This document shows positions 17,287 to 25,464 of a stretch of DNA of 64,000 nt, piece by piece; positions within the stretch are counted from its first letter, which is position 1; every line of letters starts with the position of its first letter. Under the pieces are notes generated by a model, which was not told where the DNA came from, did no database searches, and saw nothing but the letters and a program-made list of their open reading frames with translations. The stretch is taken from NCBI GenBank assembly GCA_902476355.1, contig CABSCS010000003.1, forward strand, positions 21,882 to 85,881, read 5' to 3'. The translations under genes were made by a program, and so were the position numbers. Source of the DNA: an uncultured Eubacteriales bacterium (GTDB lineage: Bacteria; Bacillota; Clostridia; Christensenellales; UBA1242).

Positions 17287-18846
17287 TCACAAAACAAAAG
17301 CAAGCACAAGACAAACTGCACAAATTGCAAAGCATGACGATGAAAGCCAGATTTTTGGTTTCTTTTCTAAAAATGTATAGTCTGTCATGAACATTACAGA
17401 CGCAATCAGTGTGAAAGTGAAAGCAATAATCCACCAATAGTTTGCACCCGCAAGTGTAATCGAGCCGAACACTCTTCCTATCAGAGTCACAAACCACATC
17501 AACCACTTAAACGCGACAAGACCAAAGCCAAGCGGTTTGAATATGATTCCAAAAATTGAAAACGAAAACATTATCATGAACGCAATGCTTGCAACAGGAA
17601 TTGCAAGAAGGTTTGCAACAATACTGAAAATTGAAAGATTTTTGAAACACAAAATCAAAGTTGGAAGTGTTCCAATTTGTGCAGAAATTGAAACCGCAAG
17701 CGCCGATGCCAACTTTTTGTGAAAAGCCCTTGCAAAGAATCTTTCAAAAGTTTTTGCAAGCAAAATTATTCCAAGAACCGCGCCAAAACTCAGTCTGAAA
17801 CCCGCACTGTAAATTTGAAATGGACAAACAAGCAAAATCAAAATTGCAGCAAGAGAAAGTGCCGAAAGCGAGTCATATTCTTTTCGCCTCATTTTCAAAT
17901 AGAGCATGACAAAAGTCATTACAAATGCACGAGTAACTGAAATTGTGAAACCGCACAAAAATGCATAGATAAATGTTACCGCCGAAACAACAAAAAATTT
18001 GGTTTTATCCCCTGCTTGGCAAAGTCCCAAGACAAAAGAAAGCAGTGTTACAATAAAACCAACATGCAGACCACTGACCGCAAGAAGGTGTGCAATCCCA
18101 CTTGCAGAAAACACTTCGCTTATATCATCGTCAAGTTCTCCGCGGTCACCAAACAACATTGTATAGGCAAGTTCGCTATAATCCTCATCAAGCCAATATG
18201 ACAAAGAATCTTTGATTGAAAGTTTATATTTCTGCGCAAGATTGCGGTCTTTTGTTCCAACAAGCAACGAATCCGCCTCGCTTCCATAACCCGTGAGTGA
18301 CACGCCTTTGTTTGCATAGTAAAAATAGGTTTGTTTAAACGAAAATTTTGGTTTTGAAACATTCACAGTTGAAACAATTGTAGAACCAATGGCAAAATCT
18401 TCACTTCTTCCGTCATCGGAATCAAGATAAAGCATAACTTTGCCACGAACCTTTTTATAGTTTCCGTTTTCTTCAATAACATAAACGTGGTCAAGCGAAA
18501 TCACATATTTCCCTTTTTTAGAAACATAAACATCGTCTGTAACCCTGCCATAAACTTTGTAAACACCATTAAAATTGTTGTTGGCGGACTTAATTATTTC
18601 CGAATTTAAAAAAGTAAGCCCCGCAAAAAGCACAAAAGCAATAGCAATCGACAACACTTTGAACAACTTTTTGTCTTTCGCCTTCACACATTTAACAACA
18701 ATTGTGCAAATTGTAAGTGCAAGCGAAATGCCCGCCAAAATAAAATGAAAAATGTCTGCAATATAAAAACTGCTTGAAAAAACAATGCCAGCAATCGCGA
18801 ACAGACAAATTGAAACAAGCGGACGATAGTTGAACAATTTCTTCAT
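17287..18846 (-). CDS. comEC: ComEC/Rec2 family DNA internalization channel (short form, no C-terminal beta-lactamase-like domain)
   Basis: Starts MKKLFNYRPL at ATG 18846. Contains the SGIAHLLAVSGLHVGF competence-domain signature and many TM helices. 519 aa. Confidence 0.8.
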   Translation of the reverse strand: MKKLFNYRPLVSICLFAIAGIVFSSSFYIADIFHFILAGISLALTICTIVVKCVKAKDKKLFKVLSIAIAFVLFAGLTFLNSEIIKSANNNFNGVYKVYGRVTDDVYVSKKGKYVISLDHVYVIEENGNYKKVRGKVMLYLDSDDGRSEDFAIGSTIVSTVNVSKPKFSFKQTYFYYANKGVSLTGYGSEADSLLVGTKDRNLAQKYKLSIKDSLSYWLDEDYSELAYTMLFGDRGELDDDISEVFSASGIAHLLAVSGLHVGFIVTLLSFVLGLCQAGDKTKFFVVSAVTFIYAFLCGFTISVTRAFVMTFVMLYLKMRRKEYDSLSALSLAAILILLVCPFQIYSAGFRLSFGAVLGIILLAKTFERFFARAFHKKLASALAVSISAQIGTLPTLILCFKNLSIFSIVANLLAIPVASIAFMIMFSFSIFGIIFKPLGFGLVAFKWLMWFVTLIGRVFGSITLAGANYWWIIAFTFTLIASVMFMTDYTFLEKKPKIWLSSSCFAICAVCLVLAFVL

Positions 18847-18922
18847 GGCTTTATTATAACAGACATTTTTCACACCTACAATTGTTTGCATAAAAAAAGT
18901 GAGGCAATTGCCCCACCTGTTT

Positions 18923-19666
18923 CTATTTTCCTGGTTGATCAGCGTCTTCGTTTTCTTGAATCAAAACTTTCATTTTTCTGTAAATTTCCCTTTGAGAAGG
19001 AGTCAAATCTTCTTCAACTGGCAAAGCGAAAATTTGTGCAGTTTCACCATTTGCATGGCGAACAAAAAAGTTGTCAACTTTTGGATCAACAGAACAATCA
19101 TATGAAAGGTCTCCAACAATCATTGAAACGTTGATTTTTTCTTTGTTATATCTTCCAGCACTTTCCAAAACTCCAGAAAATGAATGTTTTGAACCGTCTT
19201 GATATTTTTTCTCCACAATAATTCGGTCACCAATAAATTGGTTATAAAGTGAATAGCGTGGGTCGTTTGCAATGTCGGTTTCCAAACGATTGTCAACAGC
19301 GCAATTGTGTTCAAACAATTTTGAAGCAGTTTTCAAAGTTTTTGGGTCGTTGTGGAAAATCACGTTTCTTGCATCTGAAATGATTTCTTCAATCAAAAAT
19401 CCAGGGCGAAGAGTTTTTTCTGCAAACAAACCTCTTGTTTTCTTTACAAGATTTGTGTTGAAAATTGCATAAATTTCTTCGCAACATTTGTGTGCACTTT
19501 CAAAAGTTGTATTAAAGTCAAGCATAATAGAATCCGGATAAATTGCTTTGATTCTTGCACGAACCAAACCTTTTTGACCATATTTGTTATAGCAAATCAC
19601 TTTCACGAAATCTTGGTTTCCGTGTGCATTGTGAAGTTCTTGAAGAGCATACATATCAAATTTCAT
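18923..19666 (-). CDS. hypothetical protein
   Basis: ATG 19666 follows AAGGAGA. 247 aa. No motif that I recognise. Confidence 0.6.
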   Translation of the reverse strand: MKFDMYALQELHNAHGNQDFVKVICYNKYGQKGLVRARIKAIYPDSIMLDFNTTFESAHKCCEEIYAIFNTNLVKKTRGLFAEKTLRPGFLIEEIISDARNVIFHNDPKTLKTASKLFEHNCAVDNRLETDIANDPRYSLYNQFIGDRIIVEKKYQDGSKHSFSGVLESAGRYNKEKINVSMIVGDLSYDCSVDPKVDNFFVRHANGETAQIFALPVEEDLTPSQREIYRKMKVLIQENEDADQPGK

Positions 19667-19715
19667 TGGATTTTCTCCTTTTTGTGGCAAAAGCCGAAAC
19701 ATATTTTGTAAAAAG

Positions 19716-19744
19716 ATTATACAACACTTCCGCCCCATAGTCAA
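19716..19744 (-). promoter_or_regulatory. near-consensus sigmaA promoter
   Basis: Minus strand reads TTGACT, 17 nt, TATAAT, about 45 nt upstream of ATG 19666. Confidence 0.55.
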
Positions 19745-19893
19745 TAGTCAATTTTGAAGAAAAAGACAACACTTATATGATTTTTTCCAGCATTGAAAAC
19801 TAAAATAAAAATTTGATTGTTTGAAAAATTGTAAAGGGAAAACAATAAATTCATTCCCTCAAAAATTTTCATCACTAATTCAAATGCAACTTG

Positions 19894-19996
19894 CTATAAT
19901 GTGAACACAGTGAACTATCATGCGAGCCATAGCATACTATCATGCAACGCAGTTGCTATCATTCAAAGTTGTTTCAATCACTTCGCAAAATGATAG
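19894..19996. repeat. phased array of CTATCATG boxes (locus 1)
   Basis: Boxes start at 19894 (CTATAATG), 19915, 19937 and 19956 (CTATCATT), giving spacings of 21/22/19 bp. An inverted copy lies at 19990..19996. Spacers are partly palindromic (GCAACGCAGTTGC). Confidence 0.7.
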
Positions 19997-20018
19997 ACAA
20001 ATTTTAATAAATTTGACA

Positions 20019-20046
20019 TAAAAAAAGTTCTAATTTTCATTAGAAC
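20019..20046 (-). terminator. terminator after tRNA-Glu
   Basis: Minus strand reads GTTCTAAT-GAAA-ATTAGAAC followed by TTTTTTT. Confidence 0.7.
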
Positions 20047-20053
20047 TTTTTTT

Positions 20054-20128
20054 TGGTACCACCACGGAGAATCGAACTCCGGTCCCCAGCGTGAGAGGCT
20101 GGTGTCCTAACCGCTAGACTATGATGGC
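20054..20128 (-). tRNA. tRNA-Glu (anticodon CUC)
   Basis: I folded a 75-nt cloverleaf by hand. Acceptor stem is GCCATCA/TGGTGGT, anticodon stem-loop is CCAGC-CTCTCAC-GCTGG, and the T-arm is CGGAG-TTCGATT-CTCCG. CCA is encoded. Confidence 0.85.
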
Positions 20129-20271
20129 ATATCGGTTAACATGGCAGATTATATCACAATTTATTTTCCTGTGCAATAGTTTTTTAGCGTTTTATGGAAA
20201 CAATTTTATTTTTATGACATGCAAACACCAACAAAAACAATTATCAGGCAAAAGAAAAAGTGCTTTCGCAC

Positions 20272-20577
20272 TTATTTTCTGTTTTTCAGTTTCTTCTTTG
20301 CCAAGATTTTTTCAGCCTCGGCTTCGTCAACATATTTTTTAGCATTTTCTTCTTCTGCCTGTTTTGAAAGCCTATCCACAATTTCGTTGAGTTCAAGTTG
20401 AAGCGGACTGATATATTTTGCATATCTTGCAGTAAGTTCTTGAACTTTTTTCTGATTTTTTTCAGAATAAAGATCAAAGCCTTCGGGTTTCACAAGTTCA
20501 GCATACTCATTTGCGCACGCATTATAAAGTGCATCAAGTTGCTGATTTATTTCGTCATATCTTTCTTGATCGGTCAT
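20272..20577 (-). CDS. hypothetical coiled-coil protein
   Basis: 101 aa and E/K/Q-rich. A terminator hairpin, AAGTGC-GAAA-GCACTT, lies just downstream. Confidence 0.55.
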   Translation of the reverse strand: MTDQERYDEINQQLDALYNACANEYAELVKPEGFDLYSEKNQKKVQELTARYAKYISPLQLELNEIVDRLSKQAEEENAKKYVDEAEAEKILAKKKLKNRK

Positions 20578-20586
20578 GTTTGCCTC

Positions 20587-21315
20587 CTATGCAGGAAAAC
20601 TTTTATTTACAATGTCCAAAATTTCGCAAAGACGTTTGTCAATTTCTTTTTCTTTACCTTCGCCAGCCTTTATTGCAGTTATGAATGCTCTGATATATTT
20701 CACATCGCCATTTTTCACACAGCAGATTGCTGAACCAATAACTTCTTGAAGTTCACCCTTAGTAAGGCTTCCCTTTTTGATTTTTTTCAAACCTTGAACA
20801 TAATCTTTCAAATCTTTAAGCAAAAATGCAAGACGTGATAAAACGTCTTTGTCAACAATCACAACTTCTGGTTTTTTCGCCTCGCGAATTACTTCTGATT
20901 TGGTCATGATTTTTGAAACCAAAGTGTTTTTGAAGCGCACAATGATGCTTTGGCAAAACTCTGAATATGGGCCTGCTGGGTCTTCGGTTTTAGAATAGTA
21001 TCTTGAAAGAAGGTCAGATGCTGAAAGTTTTTTGTCATCAAGATAGTTGAGCAAAGAAAAAGTGAACGCAATAAACTTGTGTGCCTCTTCTGGGGCATAT
21101 AAATATCCCGCCTTTGAGGTTGCTGCTCTGAACTCTTTTTCAAAGTTAAAGTTTATCATGCACTCTTTAATTGCATCAAAAACAAGGTCAACACTTGCAA
21201 TTGCTTTTAAAACATCGCTCACGCGCTTATCAATCATAATAAATTTTGATGCTGTCATCTTGTCACAAGCATCAACAAATGGTTTAATTTGGCTGTAAAT
21301 TTGTTCTTCTGTCAT
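20587..21315 (-). CDS. hypothetical protein
   Basis: 242 aa. Tightly linked to 20272..20577 with a 9-nt gap. Confidence 0.6.
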   Translation of the reverse strand: MTEEQIYSQIKPFVDACDKMTASKFIMIDKRVSDVLKAIASVDLVFDAIKECMINFNFEKEFRAATSKAGYLYAPEEAHKFIAFTFSLLNYLDDKKLSASDLLSRYYSKTEDPAGPYSEFCQSIIVRFKNTLVSKIMTKSEVIREAKKPEVVIVDKDVLSRLAFLLKDLKDYVQGLKKIKKGSLTKGELQEVIGSAICCVKNGDVKYIRAFITAIKAGEGKEKEIDKRLCEILDIVNKSFPA

Positions 21316-21485
21316 ATTTCCACCTTTATCCGTACTCTCATTTTACCATAGTTTGCAGACAATGCAAAATAATTTTTCAAAGTTTAGGCAATAATTCATC
21401 AAAAACATACAAAAAATGTCAGAAACTATTTCCTTTTTTGAATATTCATGATATAATGCTTGTGAATTTTGAAAAGGAGCAAAAA

Positions 21486-22016
21486 ATGGATATCAGTGCA
21501 AACACAACCATAAGTAAACTTGTCTTGTTATATGTGTTCGACAAAATGGAAATGCCGCTCACCGAAGCAACCATCACTGATATGTGTTGCAATCGCAACT
21601 CCTGGATAAGTTATCTCACATGCAAAGAAGTTCTTGCCGACCTTGTTGAAAACAACTTCATTGTTCTGAGCACTTCTTCAAACGGAGACCAATATTATAC
21701 AATCACAACCGACGGTAGGTCTTGCCTTTCATACTTCTTTATGAAGATTCCTGCAAGTTTGAGAGATGAAATCAACGTCTTCATTCGTGAAAACCGCCAA
21801 GTTTTCAGAAGAAAACAAGAGTTTTTCAGCGACTATTATAAAAATGCCGATGGCTCTTATACCGTTTTAATGCGCATTGTTGAACCACTTGGAACAAAAA
21901 TGGAACTTAAAATGAACGTTGCAAACCGTGGCGTTGCCAAAATTGTTTATAACAAATGGGAAGAACGCGCAAGCCAAGTTTATGGCGCACTATATGACAT
22001 TTTAATTGATCAATAA
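21486..22016 (+). CDS. DUF4364-like small putative DNA-binding protein
   Basis: ATG 21486 follows AAGGAG. The N-terminus, ISKLVLLYVFDKMEMPLTEATITDM, resembles the PadR-like winged helix of DUF4364 proteins. This is from memory only. Confidence 0.5.
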   Translation: MDISANTTISKLVLLYVFDKMEMPLTEATITDMCCNRNSWISYLTCKEVLADLVENNFIVLSTSSNGDQYYTITTDGRSCLSYFFMKIPASLRDEINVFIRENRQVFRRKQEFFSDYYKNADGSYTVLMRIVEPLGTKMELKMNVANRGVAKIVYNKWEERASQVYGALYDILIDQ

Positions 22017-22308
22017 AACTCCCCCACTTCACAGCAGAGGAGTTTTTTTATTGCATATCATATCACCTAAAATTCAAATACTATGTGCAATTTGAACAAG
22101 TTTGCACATAATCCCCATTTCCATTGATTTTTTCAGCGATTTTTTGAAAGTTTCACCGCATAATAAATAAAACAAAAATAAAAAAAATAGTCATTAAATG
22201 ATAAAAATGATAAAATCCATTATTTTATGTAAAGAAAAATACAATTTATCATATTTTAATAACTATTTATAAAAAAATTATATAAGTAAGATTTCTTGCT
22301 AAAATTAT

Positions 22309-22809
22309 CTAACCATCCAATCTTTTTTTGTCGAAAATTGCACGTTCGCCATAAACAAGAATTGGAACAAGTGTTCTTTCTTGCAATTGTTCATATGCTT
22401 TTTTGCTGATTTGTTCTTTGCTTTCACAAAGTTTTCCATCATCATCGGTATATTCGAACTTCAAATTATAAACTGTATAGTTATAAACAACGCCATTATT
22501 GTTCTCGGTTACAAGAGTTTCAGACAAGTCCAAAATTTTTCCGTTTTCTGGATGACCTTTTCTTGCAACTTCAAAAGACTTTTTGCCGTCAAGAATCAAT
22601 CTCACGCCATTGTAAACAAAAAAGCCTGATGCACCAAGCATGATAAATCCGATAACAAACATGAAAATTCTTCCAGTTTTGTCATCTGCATCTTTATTCC
22701 CCGAAGCATTAACAAGCACAAGAATCGCAATGAAAACAGCAATTGCTGCAACAACAATTTGAGTGATTCCGCCAGTGACCGTTCCACGATTATACTTCTT
22801 TCTTTCCAT
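22309..22809 (-). CDS. two-TM membrane protein with a C-terminal beta-rich domain (DUF3592-like)
   Basis: 166 aa with an AGGAGG RBS, two TM helices, then a soluble domain. Confidence 0.6.
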   Translation of the reverse strand: MERKKYNRGTVTGGITQIVVAAIAVFIAILVLVNASGNKDADDKTGRIFMFVIGFIMLGASGFFVYNGVRLILDGKKSFEVARKGHPENGKILDLSETLVTENNNGVVYNYTVYNLKFEYTDDDGKLCESKEQISKKAYEQLQERTLVPILVYGERAIFDKKRLDG

Positions 22810-22825
22810 TTTTTCCTCCTAAGAA

Positions 22826-22863
22826 TGGTGCAAGCGAACAGGGACAGAGTTCTTTCGCTTACA
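22826..22863 (-). other. acceptor-stem-mimic hairpin A ending in ACCA
   Basis: Minus strand reads TGTAAGCGAA-(15-nt loop)-TTCGCTTGC-ACCA. The 3' 13 nt nearly match the 3' end of the adjacent tRNA-Leu. Confidence 0.5.
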
Positions 22864-22883
22864 AAATTATATATTATTATTTA

Positions 22884-23016
22884 TGGTGCAAGCGAAGGGG
22901 GCGACGCGTTAAGAAAAGCGTTGATAACGCTTTTTAGCCAAAGCCTGGGAGAACATGTAATGTTCGGTCTGGCACGACAGTGCGAACCCCAGGGGTGCTG
23001 AGTTCCTTCGCTTACA
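22884..23016 (-). ncRNA. 133-nt structured element B closed by a 12-bp terminal stem and ending in CCA (tRNA-Leu 3'-end mimic; function unknown)
   Basis: The 5' TGTAAGCGAAGG pairs with CCTTCGCTTGCA, then CCA follows. Its 5' 19 nt and 3' end are shared with hairpin A. Internal hairpins are GAACAT-TAC-ATGTTC and AAAAGCGTT-ATC-AACGCTTTT. Confidence 0.4.
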
Positions 23017-23035
23017 AAAACCGTACAATTTTTTA

Positions 23036-23122
23036 TGGTGCGAGCGAAGGGACTCGAACCCCCACGGGATTTCTCCCATATGGACCTGAACCATATGCGT
23101 CTGCCAATTTCGCCACGCTCGC
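23036..23122 (-). tRNA. tRNA-Leu (anticodon CAG), long variable arm
   Basis: 87 nt. Acceptor stem is GCGAGCG/CGCTCGC, anticodon stem-loop is TATGG-TTCAGGT-CCATA, the variable arm is GGGAGAAATCCCG, and the T-arm is GGGGG-TTCGAGT-CCCTT. CCA is encoded. Confidence 0.85.
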
Positions 23123-23212
23123 AAACATGAACATTTTATCATTATATAAACAAAAACGCAAGTTTATTATAATGTTTTATCTTCATTCGACACAACTCTT
23201 CTGTTTTTCACA

Positions 23213-23239
23213 CAAAAAAGCACTCAAAAATTGAGTGCT
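23213..23239 (-). terminator. terminator after rel
   Basis: GCACTCAATTTTTGAGTGC followed by TTTTTT on the minus strand. Confidence 0.7.
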
Positions 23240-23254
23240 TTTTATTTTTGATAT

Positions 23255-25411
23255 TTATCTGTAAACTTCATAAACATTGCCGAGAGCGCCGATTTTGTTC
23301 ATGATTTCATCAAGTTGCTTGCGGTCTTGAATGCGAACACCAATTGAAAGAACAATGTCTTCGGTTTCTTTTGCTTTTTCTGTTGTGATATATGTGATAT
23401 CAATATTGTTTTCTGCAATTTTTGTTGAAACCGCGTTGATAACGCCAGATGTGTTTTTTGCAATCACTTTGAAAGAAGCGTCATAAACATTTCCTGTTTT
23501 ATCTTCTGTCCAACGAGTGTCTATGATACGGTCTTCTTCAAGACGTTCAAGCGCCTTGCAGTCTTTTCGGTGAATGGTTACGCCTGCTCCTCTTGAAACA
23601 TATCCAACAATCTCATCGCCCGGAACTGGGTTGCAACATTTTGCAAAACGTTTTAAAAGGTCGTTGTGTCCACCAATCAAGACACCACCGTTTGTTTTTT
23701 GATGCGCTTTTTGACGCTTTGCTTTTTTCTCTTCTTTTGCAAGATTTTTAAGTTTTGTTACAACTTTTCCAAGCATTTGATGACTTGTAAGTCCGCCATA
23801 GCCAACAATGACAAACATGTCATCAACACTTTGCAAGTGAAATTGGTTTTGAATTTCTTCAATTGTGTCTTTCTCGTCAAGAAGTTGTGCCAAAGTGAAG
23901 CCATTTTGCTTTGCATAGTTTTCCAAAATGTCGCGACCAAGTTTGCTGTTTTCATCACGCTTTTCTTTCTTGAAATATGCTCTGATTTTTGAAACTGCTT
24001 CACGACTTTTTACAATTTTGAGCCAGTCACGAGATGGTCCCCTTGTGTTTGAAGAAGTGATAATTTCAACCATGTCGCCAGTTTTAAGCGGAGTTGAAAG
24101 TGGAACCATTTTCCCATTTACTTTTGCGCCCGAACAGCGATTTCCAAGGTTCGAGTGAATTGAATAGGCAAAGTCCAAAGGAATTGAATCTTTCGGAAGT
24201 TCAATAACATCATAGTTTGGTGTGAAAACAAAAATTTCGTCTTCATAGAAGCCTTTTTGAATGTTTTCAAGAAACTGTTCTGCGTTGTCCTCTACCTGTT
24301 TAAGTTTGGTTGACTTTGTCAGTTCGTTTCGAAGGTTTTTAAGCGCCCTTCCGGTTCCAATTGAATGAACTCCCCTTTCCTTATAAATCCAGTGAGCCGC
24401 AAGTCCATATTCGCAATATGAGTGCATTTCTTCGGTTCGAATTTGAACTTCGAAAGGAATCTTCTTTCCGTCTTCTTCATAATAAACCGTTGTGTGAAGT
24501 GACATATAAAGATTTTTCTTTGGGTTTGCAATATAGTCTTTCATTCTGCCAGGAGCAGGTGTGAAAGTGTCGCTGATTGCGCCAAGCATTGTATAGCAGT
24601 CTTTGATATCTTTAACAATAACGCGGAGTGCCAAAATATCAAAAACATTGTCTTTGCCCTTAATTTGCCACTTTTTGAAAATTGAAAAACCACTTTTTCT
24701 TCGGCTTTGAACCCTTGCTTCAACATTGTTGATTTTTGCAAGTTCGCTTATTTTTTTGTGAAGATATTCAATTGTTCTTTCGCTCTTTTTATAATATTCA
24801 TCAAGAAAGTTATTAACATCTTTATAATCTTCTGGATAAAGATATTTAAAGCAATATTCTTCAAGTTGCTTTTTAAACAAGTTCATTCCAAGACGCTCTG
24901 CAATTGGAACAAAAAGGTCGTTTGTAACGCTTGCAATGCGAACACGAATTGTTGGGTCTTTAATTTCAAGCGATTTCATGTTATCGAACTGGTCGGCAAG
25001 TTTCACAAAGGCAACTCTTGCATCTCCGCCCATTGCAAGAAACATTTTGCGGAGTTTTTCGGCGTTTTTAGGCTCGATATAATATGCTTTTTTCACCATT
25101 GAAAGTTTTGTGAGACCTTTCAAAATGTCTAATACTTCATTTCCAAAATTGTCTGAAATTTCTTTTTCGGTTGTATCGGTGTCGTCAAGCAAGTCATGCA
25201 AAAAGCCACAGATAACAGTTTGTTCATCTGCTTTGAAATCTACAAGCGTGTTTGCAATGTTGAAAGAGTGAACAATGCATTCTTCCCCATTTTCACGAAA
25301 TTTGCCGTCCAGTTTTTTGCTTGCAAAATCAAACGCAAGCAAAATTTTTGAAACACCCTCGGGTGAATATAGTTTTTCAATTTTGTCGTTAAATGTTTGA
25401 TTCAGTTCCAT
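23255..25411 (-). CDS. rel: bifunctional (p)ppGpp synthetase/hydrolase (RelA/SpoT family)
   Basis: 718 aa. Contains an HD hydrolase block (HSFNIANTL..GFLHDLLDDT), a synthetase region, and TGS and C-terminal ACT-like regions. Confidence 0.9.
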   Translation of the reverse strand: MELNQTFNDKIEKLYSPEGVSKILLAFDFASKKLDGKFRENGEECIVHSFNIANTLVDFKADEQTVICGFLHDLLDDTDTTEKEISDNFGNEVLDILKGLTKLSMVKKAYYIEPKNAEKLRKMFLAMGGDARVAFVKLADQFDNMKSLEIKDPTIRVRIASVTNDLFVPIAERLGMNLFKKQLEEYCFKYLYPEDYKDVNNFLDEYYKKSERTIEYLHKKISELAKINNVEARVQSRRKSGFSIFKKWQIKGKDNVFDILALRVIVKDIKDCYTMLGAISDTFTPAPGRMKDYIANPKKNLYMSLHTTVYYEEDGKKIPFEVQIRTEEMHSYCEYGLAAHWIYKERGVHSIGTGRALKNLRNELTKSTKLKQVEDNAEQFLENIQKGFYEDEIFVFTPNYDVIELPKDSIPLDFAYSIHSNLGNRCSGAKVNGKMVPLSTPLKTGDMVEIITSSNTRGPSRDWLKIVKSREAVSKIRAYFKKEKRDENSKLGRDILENYAKQNGFTLAQLLDEKDTIEEIQNQFHLQSVDDMFVIVGYGGLTSHQMLGKVVTKLKNLAKEEKKAKRQKAHQKTNGGVLIGGHNDLLKRFAKCCNPVPGDEIVGYVSRGAGVTIHRKDCKALERLEEDRIIDTRWTEDKTGNVYDASFKVIAKNTSGVINAVSTKIAENNIDITYITTEKAKETEDIVLSIGVRIQDRKQLDEIMNKIGALGNVYEVYR

Positions 25412-25464
25412 GTTGTCACCTTAAAAATAAAGGCTTGAACCAAAGTTGTTCAAGCCTTATAAAA

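Noticed and set aside
16259-17506. Long N-terminal extensions given by the ORF track for several genes: holA to 17506, pilin-like gene to 7823, tatD to 29394, ferredoxin to 31420, spo0A to 41418, T4CP from 8327, and others.
   Set aside because: Each extension lacks an RBS, overlaps the neighbouring gene or its promoter, and translates to non-homologous sequence. Internal ATG or GTG starts with AGGAGG-like RBSs give products that begin like known family members.
19894-19996. CRISPR array interpretation of the CTATCATG repeats (also 40131..40205).
   Set aside because: The repeat core is only 8-10 bp with ~12-14-bp spacers. This is far below CRISPR repeat and spacer sizes. No cas genes are present in the window.
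22884-23016. The 133-nt element as a known small RNA: SRP/4.5S RNA, tmRNA, 6S RNA, T-box leader or Y-RNA-like.
   Set aside because: I could not find the SRP helix-8 motifs (GGAA tetraloop with AGCAGC), the tmRNA tag or tRNA-Ala-like end, or the T-box consensus. The size does not fit 6S or tmRNA. The Y-RNA idea is unsupported without an Rsr gene nearby. It is kept only as an unclassified structured element.
20054-23122. A genomic island bounded by tRNA-Glu and tRNA-Leu, containing four uncharacterised genes.
   Set aside because: There is no integrase, no distal direct repeat of either tRNA 3' end (the only copies sit immediately next to tRNA-Leu), and no visible change in composition. The evidence is insufficient to call an island.
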